Positions 8,789 to 17,453 of a DNA stretch of 29,204 bases are shown in pieces. Positions within the stretch are counted from its first letter, which is position 1. Each line of letters begins with the position of its first letter. This DNA comes from a virus. Lineage: Duplodnaviria > Caudoviricetes. The DNA is taken from positions 1 to 29,204 of the IMG/VR virus record IMGVR_UViG_3300020474_000074; one strand, 5' to 3'. A program made the translations under genes and the position numbers. Under the pieces are notes generated by a model, which worked only from the letters and a program-made list of their open reading frames with translations, was not told the DNA's origin and searched no databases.

Positions 8789-8828
8789 AGCTATGCAGGG
8801 AATTGCACCCTGCTTATTCTATTTAGCT
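8789..8828 (-). other. tRNA-half-like (acceptor stem plus T-arm) RNA element, copy 2, upstream of psbA
   Basis: AGCTA-AATAGAATAA-GCAGGG-TGCAATT-CCCTGC-A-TAGCT. Confidence 0.5.
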
Positions 8829-9530
8829 TGGCCTAAAATAAGTAACCGAGGAATGCCACTCATCACTACCATTCGTATTGAAACTGTTTCCAGCTCCGGC
8901 AGGTGTGGTAGTACCTGAATTTGGTATGACTGCGTAGGCAATCATCACTGAACTTCTTCGAGTAAAGAATCCGTCTTGACGTGATCCACCAGCAAATCCC
9001 ACAAGCGTAAGACCACTTGGAGCTGTGCAGCTTGTGATCGTATCATCATCTAGATAACCGCCTGCAATTTGCAACGAATAGTTCTCAGCAGTTCCTGTGC
9101 CATTCTGATTGCTCGATGGTACAACCGGATCACCTGAGTTACCACTAGTAAATGCATAAGGATCATTATTAAAATCAACACTGACTGTGCCTGTTGAGCA
9201 TCTAAAGATCACCAACGCCCCTGCTTCTGTATCGCTGTCAGAAGTGACAGAAACAGTTCCTTCGTTGCTTGTGGCAATCCTGACTTGCTCTTTATAACTC
9301 GGATCGTTATCTGTTCTGAAAAAATTATTGTCCCAACCAGTCAAGGTGGTAATTGATCCAGCATTATCTCCACTTTGAGTGAATAGCAGCAAATCACCTG
9401 TCTGTACCCCGTCAACGCTAAAGCTTGCGCCAGCTGCTTGCTTAAACTCTGAATCGGGAACTGACCATGTTGCAGTGCTAGGAGCACTTGATGTTGGATA
9501 ACCACCAAAAACTGCTTGATGTATTCCCAT
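8823..9530 (-). CDS. Putative fibre-associated/receptor-binding beta-sandwich protein
   Basis: S/T/G-rich with a 'GDLLLF' strand. Coupled to the upstream collagen fibre gene by a shared base at 9530. Confidence 0.5.
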   Translation of the reverse strand: MGIHQAVFGGYPTSSAPSTATWSVPDSEFKQAAGASFSVDGVQTGDLLLFTQSGDNAGSITTLTGWDNNFFRTDNDPSYKEQVRIATSNEGTVSVTSDSDTEAGALVIFRCSTGTVSVDFNNDPYAFTSGNSGDPVVPSSNQNGTGTAENYSLQIAGGYLDDDTITSCTAPSGLTLVGFAGGSRQDGFFTRRSSVMIAYAVIPNSGTTTPAGAGNSFNTNGSDEWHSSVTYFRPS

Positions 9531-11152
9531 TAGGTTAACCCTGCTCCACTAATTACAAATTCATTGCTTCCCACCGCCAGCACTGAGCACAAACCATATT
9601 GAGCCAGCACCCTGTTACCCGTAGTTGCAGATCCAGCAAGTCTCAATGTGACGCTTCCACCTTGAGTAATTGTTTGATTGCTGCCGCTATCGTTGAAGAT
9701 AGAGACCACATTGCCCGCACTAAATACACCACTTGGAATGGTGACTCCACCAGTGGTTATATTAATATGTTTACCGTTATCTCCTGCGACAAGAGTATAT
9801 GCACTCGTCTGGCTGTTCTGCGGAATGTCGCTCGGGCCAGCAGCCCCGTCTGCGCCAGCAGCACCGGTTGGTCCTTGTGGACCAGAGCCTGATAACGAAA
9901 ATATCGAAAGTGCTGAAGTACCTAACTCTAGTGAAGTTGTAATACCAGCATCATTTTTCTGCGCTTGTACGCGGACTACATTATTTGCAGTTAAAACAGC
10001 GATACAAGAACCTACAGCAGTGAAATCACCATCAGCTGTGTTCCTTGAATAGACCGAACACTCTGAACCTGTTACAGCAGTTCCACCAACTTGTACTTCA
10101 CCACTAACAATAACACGGTTATTTCCTGATGATTGGTCACCATCTAAAGAGTATTCAATGTAGTAAGTACCAGCATTAACAACTGTAATTTCACCACCAG
10201 TTCCAACAGTAAAATCGGACGCATCCGATGTTACAATCGTCGTATCAAAATCAACGGTGGCTAGTGACGTAGTTAAAGCCTGTGAGCCGCTGCCATCAAC
10301 ATGTAAATAGCGACTAGGTGTACCACCACCACCACCAGATTGATTAACCCACTGAGTGTTGTAATTAGTACTATCAATTTTTGCTAGTACTTGGTTAGCA
10401 GTACCTCCAGTAGGTACACCTTGTCCAGCTGGACCCTGTGGACCTGTAGAGCCTGTTGCACCAGTAGCACCATCCGATCCATCAGCACCTGCCGGTCCAG
10501 TCGGTCCTGTCGGTCCTGTAGGCCCTGTAGAGCCCGTTGGACCTGCCGGACCTGTTGGACCTTCTGGTCCTGTGGCTCCGTCTGAACCGGCTGCACCTGC
10601 TGGTCCTGTTGGCCCTTGTGGTCCAGTTGGACCTGTAGCGCCTGTAGCTCCATCTGAACCATCAGCGCCGTCTGACCCTGCTGGACCTGTTGGACCTGTT
10701 GGACCCTGTGGACCTGTCGCACCATCTGAACCATCATTACCGGCTGGTCCTTGTGAACCTGTTGGTCCTGCTGGTCCTGTAGCTCCGGTTGATCCTGTAT
10801 TACCTCTAGGTATATCAAAATCAAATACAGCAGCTGAAGATGTACCACTATTAGTTACAGCAGCATTGGCACCAGCTGCTAGCGTTGTTGTTGTACCAGC
10901 ACTAAGAGTTGCTCCAGCTGGTCCTGTTGGTCCAGTCGGTCCTGTTGGTCCTGTTGCGCCTTGTGGACCTTGAGAACCAGTAGCTCCATCACTACCAGAC
11001 GGTCCTTGTGGTCCTTGTGCACCATCAGCTCCAGCTGAACCTGTTGCACCGGCTGGACCTTGTGGACCTTGTGGACCAGTGGGACCAGTCGGACCAGGTT
11101 CAAGTACAACTAGATCTAACTCACCTGTAATAGGGTTGAACTGAAATGCCAT
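9530..11152 (-). CDS. Collagen-like fibre protein with a C1q/BclA-C-like domain and a C-terminal phage fibre domain
   Basis: About 20 and about 40 uninterrupted Gly-X-Y triplets. '[15 protein letters not shown]' resembles a C1q/BclA strand. C-terminal module '[19 protein letters not shown]...VISGAGLT'. Confidence 0.8.
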   Translation of the reverse strand: MAFQFNPITGELDLVVLEPGPTGPTGPQGPQGPAGATGSAGADGAQGPQGPSGSDGATGSQGPQGATGPTGPTGPTGPAGATLSAGTTTTLAAGANAAVTNSGTSSAAVFDFDIPRGNTGSTGATGPAGPTGSQGPAGNDGSDGATGPQGPTGPTGPAGSDGADGSDGATGATGPTGPQGPTGPAGAAGSDGATGPEGPTGPAGPTGSTGPTGPTGPTGPAGADGSDGATGATGSTGPQGPAGQGVPTGGTANQVLAKIDSTNYNTQWVNQSGGGGGTPSRYLHVDGSGSQALTTSLATVDFDTTIVTSDASDFTVGTGGEITVVNAGTYYIEYSLDGDQSSGNNRVIVSGEVQVGGTAVTGSECSVYSRNTADGDFTAVGSCIAVLTANNVVRVQAQKNDAGITTSLELGTSALSIFSLSGSGPQGPTGAAGADGAAGPSDIPQNSQTSAYTLVAGDNGKHINITTGGVTIPSGVFSAGNVVSIFNDSGSNQTITQGGSVTLRLAGSATTGNRVLAQYGLCSVLAVGSNEFVISGAGLT

Positions 11153-11159
11153 TAGATCC

Positions 11160-11408
11160 TCACTTATTTACAACAGTGTAAACTTCTTTATAAGAACCAT
11201 CCTGCCCTTCTTTAATTTCAGAAATCAGTTCCTGGTTAGATCCAATTTTATATTCTACCTCAGTACTTTGTACAGGATATACATTAAACTGAGCTAACAC
11301 ATGGTTAGTGATAGGTTCAGGAAAAGATACATGAGGATATTCTTCGTAGAGTGCTTGAAGATCGAAGGGATAATCTTGTACACCATTAAAAACTTTTACG
11401 TACTTCAA
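11160..11408 (-). CDS. Hypothetical protein, possible fibre assembly chaperone
   Basis: '[18 protein letters not shown]...LAQFNVYPV' resembles small proteins found beside phage fibre genes. Lies between the two collagen genes. Confidence 0.45.
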   Translation of the reverse strand: MKYVKVFNGVQDYPFDLQALYEEYPHVSFPEPITNHVLAQFNVYPVQSTEVEYKIGSNQELISEIKEGQDGSYKEVYTVVNK

Positions 11409-12313
11409 AGTTTTACCCCCATTAATTGTCCATTAGATTTCCAAATTTCTACAACTGACAGGTTATTAAGTCTAGGTGCCGCGCCAGAAACCCAATGGAT
11501 TTTTGGCCAAGTAATACTATAGCCATTTTTATTAGCAATAGTAACACGTACCATACTACCCTCTTTGAAATTAACTAATGAAAGAGTTTCACTTTTGGAT
11601 AGTACAAGTGTTTGTAAAAATGCAGTAGAAGCATCAACAGAACCATCGACTACAGTACACCCATATGTTACATACTGAAGTGTCTTATTAAGTAATGTCT
11701 GTTCTTCTGCAGATCTAACTAAACTAGATAGTGGTAAACTTGTTTCCCAGCCATCTCCAGTTGATACAACAACACCAGGTTCAGGGTATTGAATACCTGC
11801 ATCACCCTTCTCACCTTTTTGTCCTTGTTCACCTTTTTGCCCTTGTGGACCAGGTTCACCTTGTGGACCAGGAATACCTTGTAAACCTGTTTCACCATTA
11901 AGACCATCACGGCCTGGTGTACCATTAAGTCCATTTGTTCCGTCCTTACCAGCAGCACCAGGTGCACCATGTTTACCTTCTAAACCATCTAAGCCACGCT
12001 CACCACGTGCACCTTGTGATCCATCCTTACCTGCTGGACCCGCTGGACCCGTTTCACCTGTCGATCCTTGTGGACCTGTTTCACCGGGTTCACCTTTAGC
12101 ACCATCTTTACCAGGCAAACCTGAGATAGCAAATGCACCTGCAGACTTCCAAACTGTACCGTTATAAATGAAGACCTCGCCTTCTGCGCTGGTTACATAA
12201 ACATCACCCTTAATAGCTTCTTCAGGTAAAGAAGCTTTATCAGCCACGATACCTTTAACAGAAATTTTGGCTGAAATTTTTTGAAGGCCACCAGCGGGAT
12301 TTGTATTAAACAT
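11405..12313 (-). CDS. Collagen-like fibre protein
   Basis: About 35 Gly-X-Y triplets with charged X/Y residues. N-terminal 'GDVYV..FIYNGTVW' module and C-terminal 'SITWPKIHWVSGAAPRL' fibre module. Confidence 0.8.
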   Translation of the reverse strand: MFNTNPAGGLQKISAKISVKGIVADKASLPEEAIKGDVYVTSAEGEVFIYNGTVWKSAGAFAISGLPGKDGAKGEPGETGPQGSTGETGPAGPAGKDGSQGARGERGLDGLEGKHGAPGAAGKDGTNGLNGTPGRDGLNGETGLQGIPGPQGEPGPQGQKGEQGQKGEKGDAGIQYPEPGVVVSTGDGWETSLPLSSLVRSAEEQTLLNKTLQYVTYGCTVVDGSVDASTAFLQTLVLSKSETLSLVNFKEGSMVRVTIANKNGYSITWPKIHWVSGAAPRLNNLSVVEIWKSNGQLMGVKL

Positions 12314-12316
12314 AGT

Positions 12317-12505
12317 CTAAGTTTTCACTACAGTTACAACATCGTCATTGACATTATATGTCATTGTAAGTGTAGCAACAACAGAACCAGTAGCTCCACC
12401 ACGGCGGTACTCTACTTGAGTAAGATTGCTACCAGTATAAGTGTTGCCTACATAATCATGGTCAGGGATAAACATCCCTCCCGTTACTTGTACTAATTCT
12501 CTCAT
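12317..12505 (-). CDS. Hypothetical small beta-rich virion-associated protein
   Basis: 62-aa ORF on the coding strand, tightly packed against the collagen gene. Confidence 0.6.
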   Translation of the reverse strand: MRELVQVTGGMFIPDHDYVGNTYTGSNLTQVEYRRGGATGSVVATLTMTYNVNDDVVTVVKT

Positions 12506-12526
12506 TATGTTAAAGTGTTAAAGGAT

Positions 12527-12898
12527 TTAGAACGAATATTTAGCACCAAGTTTAGCTGATGCTTGGATTGGTTTACCGATATTAATTTGATCTTGGGTAA
12601 TACCGCTTACTTCACCATATACATCTAGCTTTTGAGATACCGAGAATACTACACCAGCTTTAGCAGATGCTTCAGTTGTTACAGTACCTCCATCAGGCAG
12701 TACCAAAGCAGGACCACCTTGAATATACCATGTAGATTTTTCACCAATTTTACCTTCATAACCTACATCGTTACGAATAACAGTACCTTCAGAATTGAGA
12801 CCATTAAAACCAGTTTCTGATTCAATATTTACATAAGGACCAGCAATTGCAGGAGCGGCAAGAATAGCAGCAGCGGGGAGGATAGCAAGAAATTTCAT
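12527..12898 (-). CDS. Secreted outer-membrane beta-barrel-like protein
   Basis: Signal peptide MKFLAILPAAAILAAPAIA, alternating amphipathic strands, and C-terminal 'GAKYSF' ending in Phe (beta-signal-like). Confidence 0.7.
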   Translation of the reverse strand: MKFLAILPAAAILAAPAIAGPYVNIESETGFNGLNSEGTVIRNDVGYEGKIGEKSTWYIQGGPALVLPDGGTVTTEASAKAGVVFSVSQKLDVYGEVSGITQDQINIGKPIQASAKLGAKYSF

Positions 12899-13347
12899 TT
12901 TAGTTTGTTTAAAAAAGAATAAGTATATTTTGTACGGTTACCATGAATACCCCAACCTAACCAGTAGTATGCAGCATTCATGTAATAACCTATTTGTTGA
13001 TGATTAGTTTGAAAAGCATAAAGATCTCTTCTAAACCTCATCTCATGTATCATGTAATCAGTTTGACATTTAAGACCACTAGGGTCTTGCTTACGTTTAG
13101 CACAATGGTTGCCAAGACCAATGTAACGGTTTTTAGAAGTCCATTGTATTAAACCATAACCACCACGAAGGCAGCTATCATAAGGAACGATAGCACCACC
13201 CTCGCAGATGTTAGATTTAAAATTAGACTCTTGCTGTATATTACCCAGAATGACTGCAAGTGCTGTACGATCTGTAACACCAGCAGTAGTCTGTAGTTGT
13301 TCTAGAACGTACTGCTGAGGTGCAGTACATTGTGGGCATTCAATCAT
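12895..13347 (-). CDS. Phage tail lysozyme-like muralytic protein
   Basis: 'ILGNIQQESNF' (catalytic Glu-Ser), 'GYGLIQWT' and 'QTDYMIHEM'. Confidence 0.75.
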   Translation of the reverse strand: MIECPQCTAPQQYVLEQLQTTAGVTDRTALAVILGNIQQESNFKSNICEGGAIVPYDSCLRGGYGLIQWTSKNRYIGLGNHCAKRKQDPSGLKCQTDYMIHEMRFRRDLYAFQTNHQQIGYYMNAAYYWLGWGIHGNRTKYTYSFLNKLK

Positions 13348-13493
13348 GATTTTTTAGCAGTTTTAGCAGCTCGTTTAAAGTTTGCAGCAGTTGGAGAACC
13401 TTTGCTACCTGGCTTACGCATCTTCTCACCTGAGCCTTTTGCGATACGCATTTTCTTTGCGTGGATGTTAGCGTAAAGACCTTTTTTAGCCAT
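13344..13493 (-). CDS. Small Lys-rich protein, 49 aa (MAKKGLYANIHAKKMRIAKGSGEKMRKPGSKG...)
   Basis: Read by hand. TAATG and ATGA overlaps with both neighbours. Confidence 0.7.
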   Translation of the reverse strand: MAKKGLYANIHAKKMRIAKGSGEKMRKPGSKGSPTAANFKRAAKTAKKS

Positions 13494-13561
13494 TACTTTT
13501 TAGCACCTTTTTTAGGTGGTCTTCCTTTTTGTGATCCGTAAGTTCCTTTACCTTTTGGCAT
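13493..13561 (-). CDS. Small basic peptide, 22 aa (MPKGKGTYGSQKGRPPKKGAKK)
   Basis: Read by hand. TAATG overlaps with hli and with the next ORF. Confidence 0.65.
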   Translation of the reverse strand: MPKGKGTYGSQKGRPPKKGAKK

Positions 13562-13755
13562 TACCATACTCCTGGAATAAGTTGACCAGTTAATACATAT
13601 GCTCCAAACGCAGCCATCATACCTAGCATAGCCAGGCGTCCGTTAAGCATCTCAGCTTTTTCGTTATGAGTTACAGTATAATCTTTATCAGTGTACATGG
13701 TGGGTTCTTTAGCAAAGAGGTTTTGTTGTCCGTGTTCGTTGGTGGTAACAGTCAT
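13561..13755 (-). CDS. hli: High-light-inducible protein
   Basis: Chlorophyll-binding motif AEMLNGRLAMLG and C-terminal TGQLIPGVW. Confidence 0.95.
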   Translation of the reverse strand: MTVTTNEHGQQNLFAKEPTMYTDKDYTVTHNEKAEMLNGRLAMLGMMAAFGAYVLTGQLIPGVW

Positions 13756-14399
13756 TAGAATTTAAGATCAGTAGAGTTACTAAGTTTACGCATAACATCC
13801 TCTCTATATGCAGGATCGCTATCGTAACGTGGATCATTCATTGCAGCTACAAGTTCTGGTTGACTACGATATACAGCAGTTGTTTCTGCAGCACTGCGAC
13901 CAGTCAAAAGCTGACCATCATTACCAACAGCATCAGTAAACTTACCGTTCAATGCTTGAACTGCAAAGTAAATAGAACTAGGGTTACCAGAAGACATTAC
14001 AGAATCATACATCTGAACTTCTTCTTTAGATAAATTCTGTCCAGCCCATTGAATCATTGATTGGTAAGCTTTTTCACCACCAACCATTTCAAACAATTGG
14101 TTTGCTTGTTCTTCTGATAGCTGTTCATTAGAAGAATTATTTTCTTCTTCTTCATTGTTTTGTGGTGAAGCTTCTTCTGTTACTTCTTCAGAAGGCTCAG
14201 CTTCTTCACGTGGTTCTCCAAACTTCTTTTGTAAGGAAAGGTAAGCTTTTTCTAGTTCTCTAGGATCACTAAACTTACCTGCTAGTAACTGTTGCTGTTC
14301 CCCTTCAGCAGCCTCGGCAACAGCTAGTGAGTCTTGCTCATCAGCATTTAGTTCTGGCTGATCAGCGGGGGTTTCATTGCTTGTTAGTACTTCTGCCAT
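13755..14399 (-). CDS. Capsid scaffolding protein (gp9-like)
   Basis: Acidic, with 'LLAGKF...LEKAYLSLQKK' and 'AMNDPRYDSDPAYR'. Follows the portal gene. Confidence 0.9.
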   Translation of the reverse strand: MAEVLTSNETPADQPELNADEQDSLAVAEAAEGEQQQLLAGKFSDPRELEKAYLSLQKKFGEPREEAEPSEEVTEEASPQNNEEEENNSSNEQLSEEQANQLFEMVGGEKAYQSMIQWAGQNLSKEEVQMYDSVMSSGNPSSIYFAVQALNGKFTDAVGNDGQLLTGRSAAETTAVYRSQPELVAAMNDPRYDSDPAYREDVMRKLSNSTDLKF

Positions 14400-14400
14400 A

Positions 14401-15966
14401 TTATTGTATTGGTGGTTGTTCTGGCTGCATCATTTCCATAGCAGCTTGTTCACGTTTCTGTTCAACAGCAGCCATTTGTGGTGCTTGTTGTTGTTCAGTC
14501 ATCATCTGTTGTTGTTCCATAGCTTGTTGCTGCTCGCCCTGTTGTTCTTCCATACTCTTCACTAGGTTAAGTACATCGATACCAGAGGCAGCTGCAAGAC
14601 GTTTAATAACTTCATCAGTATTGATAAACGTGCTGATAGCTTCAGGACCAATTGTTTGTGCAATTACCTGAAGGAACTGTCCTAAACTTTCTCGATCTTG
14701 ACCACGACCAATCGCATTGATACCTGCTACAATAGTAGGTTTAACAATACCACCTTTAGGTAAGCGTGGGATCTCTCCAGTTTTTTGTGCAACAGAAAGT
14801 TTACGGTTTAAATAAGGTACAAGGAACTCAACAGTTAGTAGACTAAACAATCCGCCAAGTTGTTGTTCCAGTTCCATTTGTGTCATTCGCACTTCTTCAG
14901 CAGTTGTGCGTTCTGATTGTCTTACATTAAGAACAAGAAATGCTTCATTAATTCGTTGACTTAAAGTACCTATCATTTGATAAGCAGTAGAGAAGTCAGC
15001 TGTCTTACCAACCTGTACTACACCAATATCATCAGGACGACCTTGGATAATAGCACCATTACCTGCTTTAGCAAGTGTAGCTGCTTTAGTAGTAGAGCTT
15101 GGTGAGACAGTAAACACTACCTTAGCAGCTGCAGCGCTGCCTTCAACCATTGCTTGTGACAGAGCTTCAAGTGACTTTAGATCACCAATGAATTCTTCTA
15201 CTCTGCCACGTCCATAGACTTCTCCGTCTACATGATTAAAACGTAAAACAAGCCAGGGGTTAGCATCAACAGGTGCTTTACCCATAGACTTAGTTAGAAT
15301 CTGATCATATACTTCTTGATGCCACACCCAACGATTGTTATCTAAGGTGCAGTGTGTATAGATATCACATTCATCATTTGTGCTGTCATCAACATTTTCC
15401 CACTTGTTTTCTAGGTCAAATGCTGGATAATTTTTTTTAAGTAGTTTCTTTGATATTGTTTCTTTAGTTACAATTTCTATAACATTACCGTTACCATCTC
15501 TGTCTACTACATATCGGTTTAACGGATAGAGTTTAAGCCCATCCTTACCCATAAAGACAAGAGCATTACCAGCTACTACAAGATGCTTTAATGCTTGATG
15601 AACAACAACACGATCACTGGAAGCTGCAATAGATTCCATGATGGTTCGTTCAATCTTAGCAAATGACAAGTCCATTTCTGATCTAATTTCTGGACCCAAT
15701 TCTTCTGGTAAGTTAATATCATTAACCTGTAGCTTAAAGAAACTTGTTTGTGGTGGTAGTAATGCAAGCATTAATTTACTTGCAAGTGTTACCACACCTT
15801 TAGCTCCTTGTGATTGCCACGGTGTTTTGAGTTTAATTGAACCTTTAGAATAAGTCTCATCCTCGCGGATAAGATAAGGTAGTGTTAGATCTGCGGCTTG
15901 TCTAGCAGTGTTTAAGAACTGTGAACGGTCTGAAGACAATCTATCATAACGTTTCTTTGCAGTCAT
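14401..15966 (-). CDS. Portal / head-to-tail connector (gp8-like)
   Basis: 'PWQSQGAKGVVTLASKLMLALLPP', 'GEVYGRG' and 'ERTTAEEVR'. Confidence 0.95.
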   Translation of the reverse strand: MTAKKRYDRLSSDRSQFLNTARQAADLTLPYLIREDETYSKGSIKLKTPWQSQGAKGVVTLASKLMLALLPPQTSFFKLQVNDINLPEELGPEIRSEMDLSFAKIERTIMESIAASSDRVVVHQALKHLVVAGNALVFMGKDGLKLYPLNRYVVDRDGNGNVIEIVTKETISKKLLKKNYPAFDLENKWENVDDSTNDECDIYTHCTLDNNRWVWHQEVYDQILTKSMGKAPVDANPWLVLRFNHVDGEVYGRGRVEEFIGDLKSLEALSQAMVEGSAAAAKVVFTVSPSSTTKAATLAKAGNGAIIQGRPDDIGVVQVGKTADFSTAYQMIGTLSQRINEAFLVLNVRQSERTTAEEVRMTQMELEQQLGGLFSLLTVEFLVPYLNRKLSVAQKTGEIPRLPKGGIVKPTIVAGINAIGRGQDRESLGQFLQVIAQTIGPEAISTFINTDEVIKRLAAASGIDVLNLVKSMEEQQGEQQQAMEQQQMMTEQQQAPQMAAVEQKREQAAMEMMQPEQPPIQ

Positions 15967-16574
15967 TAGATGTTTACCATTCCACTGATACCGGACATAA
16001 ATCTAGAAGCTGTGGTACCTCTCCTTTTAAATATTTTTGTACCACCTGCTCTTTCTGTTTGAGAAGCAGGTTGGATTTGTAAGTTACTTGTTTGCGATGC
16101 TCTAGATTGATTAGCAGCAGTAGTAGCTGCAGCAATTTTTGCATCTTGCATAGCCTTTTCTTTAGCAGCTGCTTCTTTCTTTATCATATCTGCATAGTCT
16201 TGAGACAGTTTAGATACAGCAGATCTTTCGTTTTGAACAATCCTCAGTTGTTTAGCAATATCTGATTGTGATTTAGAAGCAGTAGCTTGTAGCTGCTGTT
16301 GATAAGCCCGTTGCTGTCTTTCTAACTCAATTTTCGGATCTTCATAAATATAATTACCAGGAATTGTAGTAGATCTACTGCCTATTTTAGGGTTATATCT
16401 TGTGCTTTTTCTAGCAGGTGTCGAGTAGACAGGATCACCAAAACCACCAAGAGGGGTTTGAGAACTAATGTAACCCTTTTTTAATTTTGCTGGCTGTCCC
16501 AGCTTTTTAGGTTTCTCATAATATTTGTTGTCATATTTTTTGGAATTTAGAAGAATATTAAAAAGGCTAGACAT
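15966..16574 (-). CDS. Hypothetical virion protein (position of T7 gp6.7/7.3)
   Basis: Basic 202-aa ORF with a coiled-coil segment, coupled to the portal gene by TAATG. Confidence 0.55.
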   Translation of the reverse strand: MSSLFNILLNSKKYDNKYYEKPKKLGQPAKLKKGYISSQTPLGGFGDPVYSTPARKSTRYNPKIGSRSTTIPGNYIYEDPKIELERQQRAYQQQLQATASKSQSDIAKQLRIVQNERSAVSKLSQDYADMIKKEAAAKEKAMQDAKIAAATTAANQSRASQTSNLQIQPASQTERAGGTKIFKRRGTTASRFMSGISGMVNI

Positions 16575-16756
16575 TAATTTTCCTCCATATAATTAATGAT
16601 CCATTCAACAACACTACGTTGTCCAGATCTGTACATAATTTTTTCCATTGTATCTTCAGGGTTAGGATTAGTTGGTGGAAATGAGTGTTCTAAGGCTGCT
16701 ACAAGTCCACGGGAATTCATTCCTAGAACTTCAAGCGTATTGGGGGAGATTGACAT
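16574..16756 (-). CDS. Conserved small T7-like phage protein, 60 aa
   Basis: Likely ATG at 16756 (MSISPNTLE...). Contains 'FPP..P......IMYRSGQRSVVEWI'. Confidence 0.65.
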   Translation of the reverse strand: MSISPNTLEVLGMNSRGLVAALEHSFPPTNPNPEDTMEKIMYRSGQRSVVEWIINYMEEN

Positions 16757-17453
16757 TACTATGCTCAAAGAAAGCTGGCATCCGTGCTGCACGTGTATCG
16801 GAAAGCTGTGGAGCTTTACCCTCATACATTAAGAAATCACTAGAATCCAGCCAAAATTTTTTGTCCAAATGTTTATCGGTAGTATTAATACCTAAGGGTT
16901 GCATTACCCAATTGATAGTTGCCTTGCGGAGTTTATCAAGACTAGGGCTGAAATTAAGCCCCAGCTCCCGACAAACAAGGCTATTGGCAGCAACGTGTAC
17001 TTGTTCATCTCTACTTATATCGGCGGATACTGTACGCATCCCATCGTCACCATTACGACGTAGGAACGGGAGTAATACAAAGAAAATTGCACGTTCGGCA
17101 ACCATCGCTTTGAGGATTGTGTGATCAGGATGTGATGTCCATGCATCCCTAAGCTTGAGTGCTTCGGCTTCAGCTTTTTCATCAACACCGTAACTATTGG
17201 CAATGTAACCGAGAGCCAAGTCGTGGTTTTCTTCATCCTTGACATTTGATTCAAGGAGATTTCTTGATAGTATTGGAACTTCGGAAGCCAATCCATCACG
17301 GATAAAATCTCCCACAGGTAGTTCCATATGTCGCAAGGCAAGAACACGGAGAAGAGTCTCGTGTGCCCCTTCCTTGCATAATCCTGCAGTTGTCTGGACG
17401 GGTGTCCATTTTCTTTTGTTTTTTAGTAGTATCTCGTAAGGGTTTTTCCTCAT
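16731..17453 (-). CDS. nrdB: Ferritin-like protein, putative class I ribonucleotide reductase beta subunit
   Basis: Two ExxH metal motifs (DEENH, DEQVH). ATGA overlap with the alpha-subunit stop. Confidence 0.7.
   Translation of the reverse strand: MRKNPYEILLKNKRKWTPVQTTAGLCKEGAHETLLRVLALRHMELPVGDFIRDGLASEVPILSRNLLESNVKDEENHDLALGYIANSYGVDEKAEAEALKLRDAWTSHPDHTILKAMVAERAIFFVLLPFLRRNGDDGMRTVSADISRDEQVHVAANSLVCRELGLNFSPSLDKLRKATINWVMQPLGINTTDKHLDKKFWLDSSDFLMYEGKAPQLSDTRAARMPAFFEHSNVNLPQYA

Noticed and set aside
10400-11100. Short tandem repeats (ggacctgtt/ggtcctgtt) as a possible CRISPR array or VNTR
   Set aside because: They are 9-nt Gly-Pro-Thr codon repeats with no repeat-spacer structure.
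9599-11109. Plus-strand and alternative-frame ORFs over the collagen gene (e.g. 10572-10973 with GPVGP repeats, 10384-10848)
   Set aside because: Shadows of the GGN-CCN-ACN codon periodicity, which avoids stops in other frames.
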